Assembly (NCBI GenBank): GCA_035312025.1 | Contig: DATGCJ010000060.1 | Location: forward strand, 1-60,900 | DNA length: 60,900 nt | DNA from: Halanaerobiales bacterium | GTDB lineage: Bacteria > Bacillota > Halanaerobiia > Halanaerobiales > M55B127 | Direction: 5' to 3' | Shown: piece after piece, positions 17,268 to 25,731 of the stretch | Position numbering within the stretch: position 1 is the stretch's first letter | Layout: each line of letters begins with the position of its first letter | The notes under the pieces: generated by a model | The model's database searches: none | What the model was told of the DNA's origin: nothing | What the model saw: only the letters and a program-made list of their open reading frames with translations | Translations under genes and position numbers: made by a program

Positions 17268-18398
17268 TTAAGCAAATATTGACATCATCACACCAGCTGC
17301 CACAGCAGATCCGATCACTCCAGCCACATTAGGACCCATGGCATGCATCAGTAAATAGTTGGAAGTATCTGCTTTTTGACCTTCTTTTTGTACAACCCGA
17401 GCTGCCATTGGTACAGCCGATACTCCAGCCGCCCCAATCATGGGATTGATCTTATCGGAAGAAAAATTATTCATAAGTTTACCCAGTAAAACTCCTGTCA
17501 TGGTACCGAAAGCAAATGCTAAAACACCTAAAATTATAATTTGTATAGTGTCTAACTTTAAAAATTTATCGGCAGAGGCACTTGCCCCGACAGCTACTCC
17601 TAATAATATCGTTACAATATTTATCAAAGAGTTTTGAGCAGTCTCACTTAAGCGATCTACAACACCACTTTCTTTAAATAAATTACCAAGCATTAACATA
17701 CCAATTAATGGTGCCGCATCTGGTAATAATAATAGCACCACAATTGTGACTAAAATAGGAAATAATATTTTTTCTGACTTTGAAACCGGTCTCAGCTGCT
17801 GCATCTTTATTTTTCTTTCCTTTTTACTGGTCAATGCTCTAATTATTGGTGGCTGAATAACTGGAACTAATGCCATATAAGAATAGGCTGCAATTGCGAT
17901 TGCCCCTAAATACTCTGGAGCTAACTGTCCTGATAAATAGATAGCAGTCGGTCCATCGGCTCCCCCGATTATGCCAATCGGAGCAGCTTGTTGGCCTGTA
18001 AAGCCCAAAAGAATTGCTCCTAAAAATGTTATGAAAATTCCAAACTGAGCGGCTGCCCCTAATAATAAGCTTTTAGGGTTGGCTATTAAAGGTCCGAAAT
18101 CTGTCATCGCACCGATTCCCATAAAAATCAAAGGGGGGAAAATACCAAGTGCATTTCCGGTATAGAAATATCTAAATAAGCCGGCGGGTTTCCCGTCTGC
18201 AGCATGGATCATTAAATTTGTCATCGGTAAATTCACTAAAAGCATACCAAAAGCTATTGGTACCAATAACAAAGGTTCATACTTTTTTACGATACCAAGA
18301 TATAAAAGGACTAAAGATACTATTATCATAATGATCTGAGGGATATCCAGAGCCATTATACCGGTTTTTTGGAAAAATTCTATAAAAACCTGTACCAA
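17268..18398 (-). CDS. sodium ion-translocating decarboxylase beta subunit (OadB/MmdB/GcdB family)
   Basis: A 376 aa polytopic membrane protein with conserved GIMALD, MTDFGPL and GAADGPT-type motifs. TTG start with SD TAGGAGGT 7 nt upstream. Confidence 0.9.
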   Translation of the reverse strand: MVQVFIEFFQKTGIMALDIPQIIMIIVSLVLLYLGIVKKYEPLLLVPIAFGMLLVNLPMTNLMIHAADGKPAGLFRYFYTGNALGIFPPLIFMGIGAMTDFGPLIANPKSLLLGAAAQFGIFITFLGAILLGFTGQQAAPIGIIGGADGPTAIYLSGQLAPEYLGAIAIAAYSYMALVPVIQPPIIRALTSKKERKIKMQQLRPVSKSEKILFPILVTIVVLLLLPDAAPLIGMLMLGNLFKESGVVDRLSETAQNSLINIVTILLGVAVGASASADKFLKLDTIQIIILGVLAFAFGTMTGVLLGKLMNNFSSDKINPMIGAAGVSAVPMAARVVQKEGQKADTSNYLLMHAMGPNVAGVIGSAVAAGVMMSIFA

Positions 18399-18425
18399 TT
18401 TTCTTACCTCCTAACATATTGTGAC

Positions 18426-18842
18426 TTATTCTATAACTACTAATACTTCTCCCGCTTCTACTTTTTGGTTCTCATCTACATTTACCTCACTAACCTGGCC
18501 AGAAGTAGGGGCATATACTTCGTTTTCCATCTTCATCGCTTCCAGTACTAAAAGTAAGTCTCCTTTTGTTACTTCTTCACCTTGCTTAACCTTTACCTCT
18601 AAGACTGTCCCTGTCATAGGGGCTTCTACTGTGCCGGCTCCCCTACTGGAACTAGCAGATTTTCTTGGCTTTTTCTTGGCTTTTGAACTGGTCTCTGCGG
18701 TAGATGTTGAAGTTTTAGGTTGTGGTGCATGTTCTCTGTTTTGAGTTTCGGATTGAACTACTGACTGTTGGTCAGTTTCGACTTCTTCTACTTCAACTTC
18801 ATATAATTCATCATTAACTTTTACTTTAAATTTTTTAGTCAT
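18426..18842 (-). CDS. biotin carboxyl carrier subunit of the decarboxylase
   Basis: A C-terminal biotinyl domain carries EAMKMENE, preceded by a Ser/Thr/Lys-rich linker. ATGA overlap with the upstream gene. Confidence 0.85.
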   Translation of the reverse strand: MTKKFKVKVNDELYEVEVEEVETDQQSVVQSETQNREHAPQPKTSTSTAETSSKAKKKPRKSASSSRGAGTVEAPMTGTVLEVKVKQGEEVTKGDLLLVLEAMKMENEVYAPTSGQVSEVNVDENQKVEAGEVLVVIE

Positions 18843-19249
18843 AATAACTCTCCTTTATTATTTGCTGATATTCCGCCGCGGGTGACTCTACCCCAGATCG
18901 GCACATCGTCTTTAACTCTTGTAATCTTTTTTATCTTAAATTTTTTCTGCTTACTTGAACTTTCTATACTCATGATGGCCGCCATAATTGCTGCCACTTC
19001 TTTTTTATGGTCTATATCAGGTTCTAAATCTGCCACTTTAGGCTCAACTTTTTTTGCATCTTCTTTAAAGTCTATCTTTTCAGAATAAAAGATCTTCTTT
19101 AAAATATTTACCACTATCATCAAAAGAAAGAGAATCAAAAATACTATTAACATACCTAAAATAGCTACCTGTAGACCCGAAATTAATTTTTGATTTAAAG
19201 TCATTGACTGTACTAAATTGGGGTCTCTTAATAACTCGAGAGGATTCAC
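18839..19249 (-). CDS. OadG/MmdD-like small membrane-anchored decarboxylase subunit
   Basis: A single N-terminal TM helix ([20 protein letters not shown]) is followed by a charged tail. The gene lies between the carboxyltransferase and the biotin carrier. GTG start with SD AAGGAGG 7 nt upstream. Confidence 0.55.
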   Translation of the reverse strand: MNPLELLRDPNLVQSMTLNQKLISGLQVAILGMLIVFLILFLLMIVVNILKKIFYSEKIDFKEDAKKVEPKVADLEPDIDHKKEVAAIMAAIMSIESSSKQKKFKIKKITRVKDDVPIWGRVTRGGISANNKGELL

Positions 19250-19269
19250 ATTAATGCCTCCTTTTTATC

Positions 19270-20814
19270 CTATAAAGGAATATTACCGTGTTTTTTATTG
19301 GGCTGATTTTCCCTTTTACCTATTACAGATTCTAAGGCCATGATAATCCTTGGTCTTGTATTACGGGGGTCTATTACATCATCTATATAGCCTTCGGCTG
19401 CTGCCCGGTAAGGATTTGCAAAGCTTTCTCTGTACTCTTCGATTTTCTCCTGCCTTTTTTCTTCCGGATTTTCGGCCTTTTTTATCTCTTTTCTAAAAAT
19501 TATATTGGCAGCACCCTGAGGCCCCATAACAGCAATTTCTGCATTTGGCCATGCAAATACATAGTCAGCACCAAGGTGTCTACTACTCATCGCTATATAA
19601 GCTCCACCATAGGCTTTTCTTAAAATAACAGTTATCATGGGTACGGTCGCTTCTGAATAAGCATATAATAATTTTGCGCCGTGTCTAATAACTCCACCGT
19701 ACTCCTGTTCTACTCCCGGTAGATAGCCAGGCACATCTGTGAAGGTAACAATCGGAATATTAAATGAATCACAGAACCTGATAAAACGAGCAGCTTTATC
19801 GGAAGAATCTATATCTAGAGTACCTGCTTTAACTCGGGGTTGATTTGCAATCACTCCCACTGAACGTCCATTTAAACGGGCAAAACCCACTACGATATTT
19901 TTGGCATAATACTTATGAACTTCAAAGAAATCTTGGTTATCAACGACTTTTTTTATTACATCTCTAATATCATAGGCTTTATTAGGATTAATCGGCACAA
20001 TATCTTTTAACTTATCTTCCACACGTTCCGGGGAATCGTTAGTTTCAACTACAGGGGCTCCTTCTAAATTGTTATTAGGAATAAATGAAATTAACCTTTT
20101 TATCTGTTCAAAACTATGCTCTTCATTATCAGCTAAAAAGTGTGCTACTCCACTTACTTCGTTATGAGTGGAACCTCCCCCTAGTTCTTCAGCACTAACT
20201 TCTTCTCCCGTTACTGATTTTACTACCTGTGGGCCTGTAATAAACATTTTAGAGGTGTGGTCAACCATAAAGACAAAGTCTGTAATGGCGGGAGAGTAGA
20301 CTGCTCCACCTGCACATGGTCCTAAAATTACAGATATCTGTGGGATTACACCAGAAATATCAGTATTCCTTTTAAAGATTTCTCCGTAACCTTTCAGGGC
20401 GTTAACACCTTCTTGGATTCTCGCTCCACCCGAATCTAAAAGTGCAATAAATGGTGAACCAGATTTTTGTGCTAAATCCATAATTCTACATATCTTTTTG
20501 GCGTGCATCTCTCCTAAAGAACCGCCCATTGTGGTAAAATCCTGAGCAAATAAATATACAGATCTTCCATTGATCGTTCCTTGGCCGGTTATCACACCAT
20601 CAGCCGGAATCTCTCTTTCGTCCATTCCTAAATCTTGTGAATGATGCTCTACAAACATGCCTATCTCTTGAAAGCTACCTTCATCCAACAATCTGTCGAT
20701 TCTTTCGCGGGCGGTTAACTTACCTTTGCTATGTTGTTTTTCAATCCTTTTTTCTCCACCGCCTTTAGAAACTTCTCCTCTTTTTTTGTGTAGTTCTTTA
20801 ATTTTATCTTTCAA
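19270..20814 (-). CDS. acyl-CoA carboxyltransferase subunit (methylmalonyl-/malonyl-CoA decarboxylase alpha, PccB-like)
   Basis: 514 aa and collinear with PccB/MmdA (GGGEKRIEKQHSKGKLTARERI, GGARIQEG, PCAGGAVYSPA, AYGGAY). TTG start with SD AGGGAGGG. Confidence 0.9.
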   Translation of the reverse strand: MKDKIKELHKKRGEVSKGGGEKRIEKQHSKGKLTARERIDRLLDEGSFQEIGMFVEHHSQDLGMDEREIPADGVITGQGTINGRSVYLFAQDFTTMGGSLGEMHAKKICRIMDLAQKSGSPFIALLDSGGARIQEGVNALKGYGEIFKRNTDISGVIPQISVILGPCAGGAVYSPAITDFVFMVDHTSKMFITGPQVVKSVTGEEVSAEELGGGSTHNEVSGVAHFLADNEEHSFEQIKRLISFIPNNNLEGAPVVETNDSPERVEDKLKDIVPINPNKAYDIRDVIKKVVDNQDFFEVHKYYAKNIVVGFARLNGRSVGVIANQPRVKAGTLDIDSSDKAARFIRFCDSFNIPIVTFTDVPGYLPGVEQEYGGVIRHGAKLLYAYSEATVPMITVILRKAYGGAYIAMSSRHLGADYVFAWPNAEIAVMGPQGAANIIFRKEIKKAENPEEKRQEKIEEYRESFANPYRAAAEGYIDDVIDPRNTRPRIIMALESVIGKRENQPNKKHGNIPL

Positions 20815-20853
20815 CTGGGTCCCTCCCTTGATATATCTATAGTTATATTGTAT

Positions 20854-20882
20854 GTTACCAATATAATATTTTCAATAATTAA
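20854..20882 (-). promoter_or_regulatory. sigma-A-type promoter upstream of the decarboxylase operon
   Basis: The minus strand has TTGAAA (20882-20877), a 17-nt spacer and TACAAT (20859-20854). An inverted repeat TATATTG-N8-CAATATA (20851-20872) overlaps the spacer and -10. Confidence 0.45.
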
Positions 20883-20935
20883 AAACAGTATACCTTTGTT
20901 TATTTTAACAATAATTTCATTTTTTTATTGAAACC

Positions 20936-21778
20936 TTACATAATTAAGCCAAAATATAATCCTGATAGCATATCTAGACCTGAACTATTACCCATTTCTA
21001 TTAACTTTTCAGTATATTTTCTATAATATTTTTCCCCATTTTCTATATTTTTGTATATATCAACTAATCTTTTATTATATCTATGATTAATTGCTCCTTT
21101 TAAATGAAGTGCACTAACGCGATTAGTTTTATCAAATAGCTCATCTGTTTCCATTTCATTAATCACATTCAATTTATCTTCTGCTAATTTTGCTTCTATG
21201 ACTGATAAATATCCCACTATAAAGTCATCTCCTGTTGGTGTAAGGCCAATTCCCAACCCCAACAAATTATTGATAGAAATCTTTTTTTCTAAGATATCTT
21301 TTAACTTATTATAAAATTCTCGCTGTAAAGTTGATAACTTAAATTCTTGTATGTTATTTATTATATTAGTAAACTTTAAGATTGTATGGTCTAAACTGCC
21401 TGAACGGTTGGTATTTTTAATAACCTTCTCAGTCCATTCTATTAAAAGATCCCTATCTACAAATGAACAATCCTTTATTTTGCCACTAAAAATGTTTTTA
21501 TTATTATAATTAAATATATTTTTATTATAAATTATTTGTTCGTTGTTTATTTTTATTTTTGTTTCTTCTTCTAAGCTATTTTTGATATTGTTGAATATAT
21601 AATTTGGTAACTTCACGTGGTAAGGAGCTAGGGTTACCTTACTGTCAGTTATTGCATAGCCTTTATTATTTTTTGTTTTTATATTTATAACATTATTAAA
21701 TTTGCTAATTATATTACCATTTAAGCTATAATTTTCTTTTACTAAATCACCTTCAATAATATAATCAAACATTTTCAT
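20936..21778 (-). CDS. DUF2877-like protein (YlbF-like)
   Basis: 280 aa, with internal GLGIGLTPTGDDF and C-terminal GNSSGLDMLSG motifs. Size and co-occurrence with fdrA/DUF1116/carbamate kinase fit the E. coli ylbF position. This is a family call from memory and needs an HMM check. Confidence 0.5.
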   Translation of the reverse strand: MKMFDYIIEGDLVKENYSLNGNIISKFNNVINIKTKNNKGYAITDSKVTLAPYHVKLPNYIFNNIKNSLEEETKIKINNEQIIYNKNIFNYNNKNIFSGKIKDCSFVDRDLLIEWTEKVIKNTNRSGSLDHTILKFTNIINNIQEFKLSTLQREFYNKLKDILEKKISINNLLGLGIGLTPTGDDFIVGYLSVIEAKLAEDKLNVINEMETDELFDKTNRVSALHLKGAINHRYNKRLVDIYKNIENGEKYYRKYTEKLIEMGNSSGLDMLSGLYFGLIM

Positions 21779-23444
21779 TACCTAATATATCAGTAAAGTT
21801 TAGCATTTTCAAAGCAATTTCAAGATTTAATTTATCGTCAGGATTATCAAGGCTTAAACCTGTAATTTTTTCTATTCTCTTTAATCTATAATGAACTGTA
21901 TTATAATGAACATATATTTTTTTGGCTACATTGGTAAGATTTCCATTTTCTTCGAAAAAAGCCTTTAATGTTTTTAAAAGTTCTGTATTATGGGCTTTAT
22001 CATATTTTAGTAAAGGAATTAAGGAATTTTTTAAAAACCTATTCTTTTCTTCCCTATCAACTTTATACAGTAATTTATAGACTCCTAAATCATCAAAGAA
22101 ATATACCTGATCTTTTTTATTTAATTTATTGGCTACATTTATGGTCCTTTTAGCTTGGGAATAACTTTCATGTAAATTAATTATTTCTTTTTTATAATTC
22201 CCTACTCCTACAGTTACTAAGTCTCTATCCTTTTGATCAAATACATTCAATACTTTTTGAGAAAATTCTTTGATACTCTTTTTCTCTTTGCCAGGATATA
22301 AAGCTACTAGATAAGTACCTAAATCTCCAATAATTACCTCTTCATCAATTATTCTATTAGCTGATTCTAAATAACTTTTTTGGATATTTTCGTTTAAAAT
22401 CCCCTTCTTTTTAAAATGCTTTGAAATTAACTCTTTTAATTCAAATACCACCACTGAAAAACCTTTATCTAACTCCATATCCATATTTTGACCGCGATTT
22501 AATATAGTCTTTTTGTTATTAATTTTCCCTTTTAAAATATCATAAAGTAACTCGTTTTTATATTTTAACTCCACATTTGCTATAGAGCGTTTATTTAAAA
22601 TATCAAGAGCAGCTATTGTACTAGCCCACTTTAATGTTGATATATCTAATTCATTTATACTCTTGCCATATTCCCAGGCAAATAGATAGCCAAAATGACT
22701 ATTAGGAGTGTTAATAGGAATCTTCATTAGATTAATTTCCTTACCATGCAAAGTAACATCAATTTTCTTACAGTGGTAATTAAAGACCTCTTCTTTAGAT
22801 TCTTTTTGATCATTAATAGATATGCTGTCAGTGAGATCTTTTTTAGTAACTTCATTGTTAAAATCATCTGGAATAGAATACGAGATAATAGCTCCATTGG
22901 AATCGGTAATTAAAACAGGATTTTTTATCATATCAACTAAAACAGTGGATAATCTATCAAGTCCATTTTCATAAAGTACTGTATTGGTAAGTACTTCATG
23001 GATATTTAAAGTTTTTTCTAAAAATCTGGTCTGAACATTAAGTATCTCACTTAAAATAGGGTTGATAAATACTGAATAGGAATAATCATAAGGAATTTTA
23101 AGTAAAGGAAAGTTATGTAGCTCAGCTTGTTCAATCATAAATGAAGGTATCTCATTAATATACCTACCTGGTTTTATACCTAATCCAGCTAAGTTTTTTT
23201 GAGCTAAATTAGGTATTAGATTTTTTAAGGCTTTTTCATCGTCTTTAATTGAATACAGTGTGGTGAATAAAAGTTCTCCTTCTTTAACCCAGTCTAAAAT
23301 ATCAGGAACTTCCATAATGTTGACCTTTGTAATATGACGTTCTAAACCATCTTTACCCGCTAAAATTTCAACTTCTTTCATCTTTTCTAGCTTTAAAGCA
23401 TCTGCCATAGTTATTCCAATTAACTCTTTCATCAATTTCACCAT
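21765..23444 (-). CDS. PucR-family transcriptional regulator
   Basis: Has an N-terminal PurC-like domain (ILAGKDGLERHITKVNIMEVPDILDWVKEGELLFTT) and a C-terminal PucR-type HTH (NLTNVAKKIYVHYNTVHYRLKRIEKITG). The start could be an internal ATG. Confidence 0.85.
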   Translation of the reverse strand: MVKLMKELIGITMADALKLEKMKEVEILAGKDGLERHITKVNIMEVPDILDWVKEGELLFTTLYSIKDDEKALKNLIPNLAQKNLAGLGIKPGRYINEIPSFMIEQAELHNFPLLKIPYDYSYSVFINPILSEILNVQTRFLEKTLNIHEVLTNTVLYENGLDRLSTVLVDMIKNPVLITDSNGAIISYSIPDDFNNEVTKKDLTDSISINDQKESKEEVFNYHCKKIDVTLHGKEINLMKIPINTPNSHFGYLFAWEYGKSINELDISTLKWASTIAALDILNKRSIANVELKYKNELLYDILKGKINNKKTILNRGQNMDMELDKGFSVVVFELKELISKHFKKKGILNENIQKSYLESANRIIDEEVIIGDLGTYLVALYPGKEKKSIKEFSQKVLNVFDQKDRDLVTVGVGNYKKEIINLHESYSQAKRTINVANKLNKKDQVYFFDDLGVYKLLYKVDREEKNRFLKNSLIPLLKYDKAHNTELLKTLKAFFEENGNLTNVAKKIYVHYNTVHYRLKRIEKITGLSLDNPDDKLNLEIALKMLNFTDILGNENV

Positions 23445-23555
23445 CCTGAGAAAAGTTTATTTGTAAATAATACATCTAGAATTATAACACAGATAAACTC
23501 AATATGGAAGAACTCACAACAATTTTTCCTTAAGCATTTTATTGTTTGTAAATAT

Positions 23556-23590
23556 TCAATAAAAAAAGGCAACCCATAAGGTTGCCTTTA
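23556..23590 (-). terminator. rho-independent terminator downstream of the permease gene
   Basis: A stem AAGGCAACC/GGTTGCCTT (23566-23574 and 23580-23588) with a 5-nt loop is followed on the minus strand by a run of 7 T. Confidence 0.75.
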
Positions 23591-23654
23591 TTGATAATTA
23601 TTATAAGTTTATTATTAACTTAATTATTATATCTCTATGATATTTAACTTGTTT

Positions 23655-24902
23655 TTACATTTGGGCAAATTCTTCTTCTCCATCGGGAAGAATTAGATTC
23701 AAGACAACACCGACAAGTGCTGCCAGAGCTAAACTAGAAAATTCTATTCTTCCGAGCTGGAGAGTTGCTCCACCAAGACCAAGTACAATAACTGTTGCAA
23801 CGATAACTAGGTTTCTTGAAATCTTAAGATCAGTTTGACTTTCTACTAAAGTCCTAATACCAATAGTAGCAATCATACCGTATAAGAGGAATGAAATACC
23901 ACCAATAACTGGATTAGGGATGGTTTCAATTAGTCCACCGAACTTCGGAACAATAGCCATTGCAATTGCAAAGGTAGCACCAATTCTCATAACAACTGGA
24001 TCATATACTTTAGTAATAGCTAAGACACCGGTGTTTTCTCCATATGTAGTGTTTGGAGGTCCACCAAAGATACCCGCAAGTGAAGTTGCCATACCATCAC
24101 CAAACATAGTTCTATGAATACCAGGATCTGTAACTAATTCTCTTCCCTTACCAATTGTTTCACTAATAGCTAAAATATCTCCAACGTGCTCAACCATTGA
24201 TACTAGTGCAACGGGAGCTATAATGGTAATAGCTGTAATATTAACTGCTGGAACTGTAAATTCAGGAAGACCAATCCAGGCATTATTAATTACTGGTGAA
24301 AAGTCAACCATGCCTACAATTACCGCCACGATATAACCAGTTACCAAGCCAACAATGATAGGAACAAGTTTAAAAAATCCTTTAGCAAAAATAGCAGCAA
24401 TAACCGCTCCAGCTAAAGCTGCAATAGCCACAACAACATTAAGTGCGCTTCCCGTTGACATATCAATTGCAGTTGGAGCTAAGATTGTACCGATAAGAAT
24501 AATAACTGGACCAGTAACAACTGGTGGGAATATTTTCTTAATTAAACTAGGTCCTACTTTATAAATGATAAAGGCAACAATAGCATAAATAAGACCAGCT
24601 GCTATAATACCACCCTGTGCAGCTGGAATGCCACCATGCTGTTCAATAACTAATGATATAGGTGCAATAAATGCAAATGAAGAACCTAGATAGGCAGGTA
24701 CCTTTTTCTTTGTAATGAAGTGAAATAGCCAGGTACCAACACCTGCAGTAAATAGTGCAACACTTACATGTAGCCCTGTTAAAATTGGTACTAAAATGGT
24801 AGCTCCGAACATCGCTAATGCGTGCTGTAGGCCAAGAAAGATCGCTTGCGATTTGGGAAGGTTACTAACATCCCTCACAGCTTGTTCTTCTCGTGATTCC
24901 AT
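23655..24902 (-). CDS. uraA: NCS2-family nucleobase permease, UraA/PyrP (uracil permease)-like
   Basis: Long collinear identity blocks with E. coli UraA: GLQHALAMFGATILVP, KVPAYLGSSFAFIAP, EHVGD, GGPPNTTYGENTGVLAITKVY and GGISFLLYGMIATIGIRTLVES. Length is 415 aa. Confidence 0.85.
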   Translation of the reverse strand: MESREEQAVRDVSNLPKSQAIFLGLQHALAMFGATILVPILTGLHVSVALFTAGVGTWLFHFITKKKVPAYLGSSFAFIAPISLVIEQHGGIPAAQGGIIAAGLIYAIVAFIIYKVGPSLIKKIFPPVVTGPVIILIGTILAPTAIDMSTGSALNVVVAIAALAGAVIAAIFAKGFFKLVPIIVGLVTGYIVAVIVGMVDFSPVINNAWIGLPEFTVPAVNITAITIIAPVALVSMVEHVGDILAISETIGKGRELVTDPGIHRTMFGDGMATSLAGIFGGPPNTTYGENTGVLAITKVYDPVVMRIGATFAIAMAIVPKFGGLIETIPNPVIGGISFLLYGMIATIGIRTLVESQTDLKISRNLVIVATVIVLGLGGATLQLGRIEFSSLALAALVGVVLNLILPDGEEEFAQM

Positions 24903-25190
24903 TAATTATTCCTCCTTTAAAAATAAGATATGATATTAATCTGTATTTAATATGATATTAATTTATACTCTCTACTCACCTCCTATTAATGGTTTAAAAA
25001 GATTATTATGGTAATTATTTCAAATACTACCCCTATATATTAATTCTCACTATATTCCTTATTCTCCTTTTGTAATATTAAACAATTTTACCTAACATTT
25101 TTCGTTATATTTTCTAATGTATTTATTATAATAATCTAATATAATGATAATGATTTAAAAACACGGGAAATTATAGAGGAGGATATTATA

Positions 25191-25673
25191 TTGGAAGGTA
25201 TCAAATTATTAAAATCTAGAAGATCCATTCGAGAATTCAAAGAACAAAAAGTAGAAAAAGAAAAACTGGAAAAAATAGTAGAAACTGCTCGTTATGCCCC
25301 GACTGCCAATAATGTGCAGCCCTGGCAGTTCATAATTGTGACAGATGAAAATAAGATAGAAACTTTAGAAAAATATATTGGTCAAGGCAAAGAATTTCCA
25401 GCCTGTATAGCAGTTTTTACAAAAGATGTAAAACATCATCTTGAAGATGGTTCTAATGCAACTACTTATATTTTATTAGCAGCAGAAGAATTAAAATTGG
25501 GCACATGCTGGATTGGAAGTTACGGAAAACCTTATTCCTCTGAAATTAAAGAACTTTTAAATGTACCAGAAAATTACAAGTTAATTTCTATGGTAACAGT
25601 CGGTTATCCAGATGAAAATCCACATCCTGATAAAAAAGAATTGGATGATGTAATTAATTGGGAAAAATTTTAA
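25191..25673 (+). CDS. nitroreductase-family flavoprotein
   Basis: The N-terminus RRSIREFKEQKV...ARYAPTANNVQPWQFIIV is typical of the family. Length is 160 aa. TTG start with SD GAGGAGGA 7 nt upstream. Confidence 0.8.
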   Translation: MEGIKLLKSRRSIREFKEQKVEKEKLEKIVETARYAPTANNVQPWQFIIVTDENKIETLEKYIGQGKEFPACIAVFTKDVKHHLEDGSNATTYILLAAEELKLGTCWIGSYGKPYSSEIKELLNVPENYKLISMVTVGYPDENPHPDKKELDDVINWEKF

Positions 25674-25697
25674 AGTATAAAATCAAGTTAGATAATT

Positions 25698-25728
25698 AAG
25701 GGTACGGATTTGAGCCGTACCCTTTTTT
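25698..25728 (+). terminator. rho-independent terminator after the nitroreductase gene (convergent with fabF)
   Basis: A stem AAGGGTACGG/CCGTACCCTT with a 7-nt loop is followed by TTTTTT on the plus strand. Confidence 0.75.
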
Positions 25729-25731
25729 ATT

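Noticed and set aside
24903-25190. I looked for a PyrR attenuator (the ..UCCAGAGAGG.. binding loop) or a purine riboswitch upstream of the nucleobase permease.
   Set aside because: Neither the PyrR box nor the conserved purine-riboswitch junction sequences are present on the minus strand of this 288-bp region.
5957-25731. Mobile-element signatures (integrase, transposase, terminal inverted or direct repeats, tRNA target) at the borders of the accessory block.
   Set aside because: None were found by eye at either junction, so the block cannot be called a mobile element or genomic island in the strict sense.
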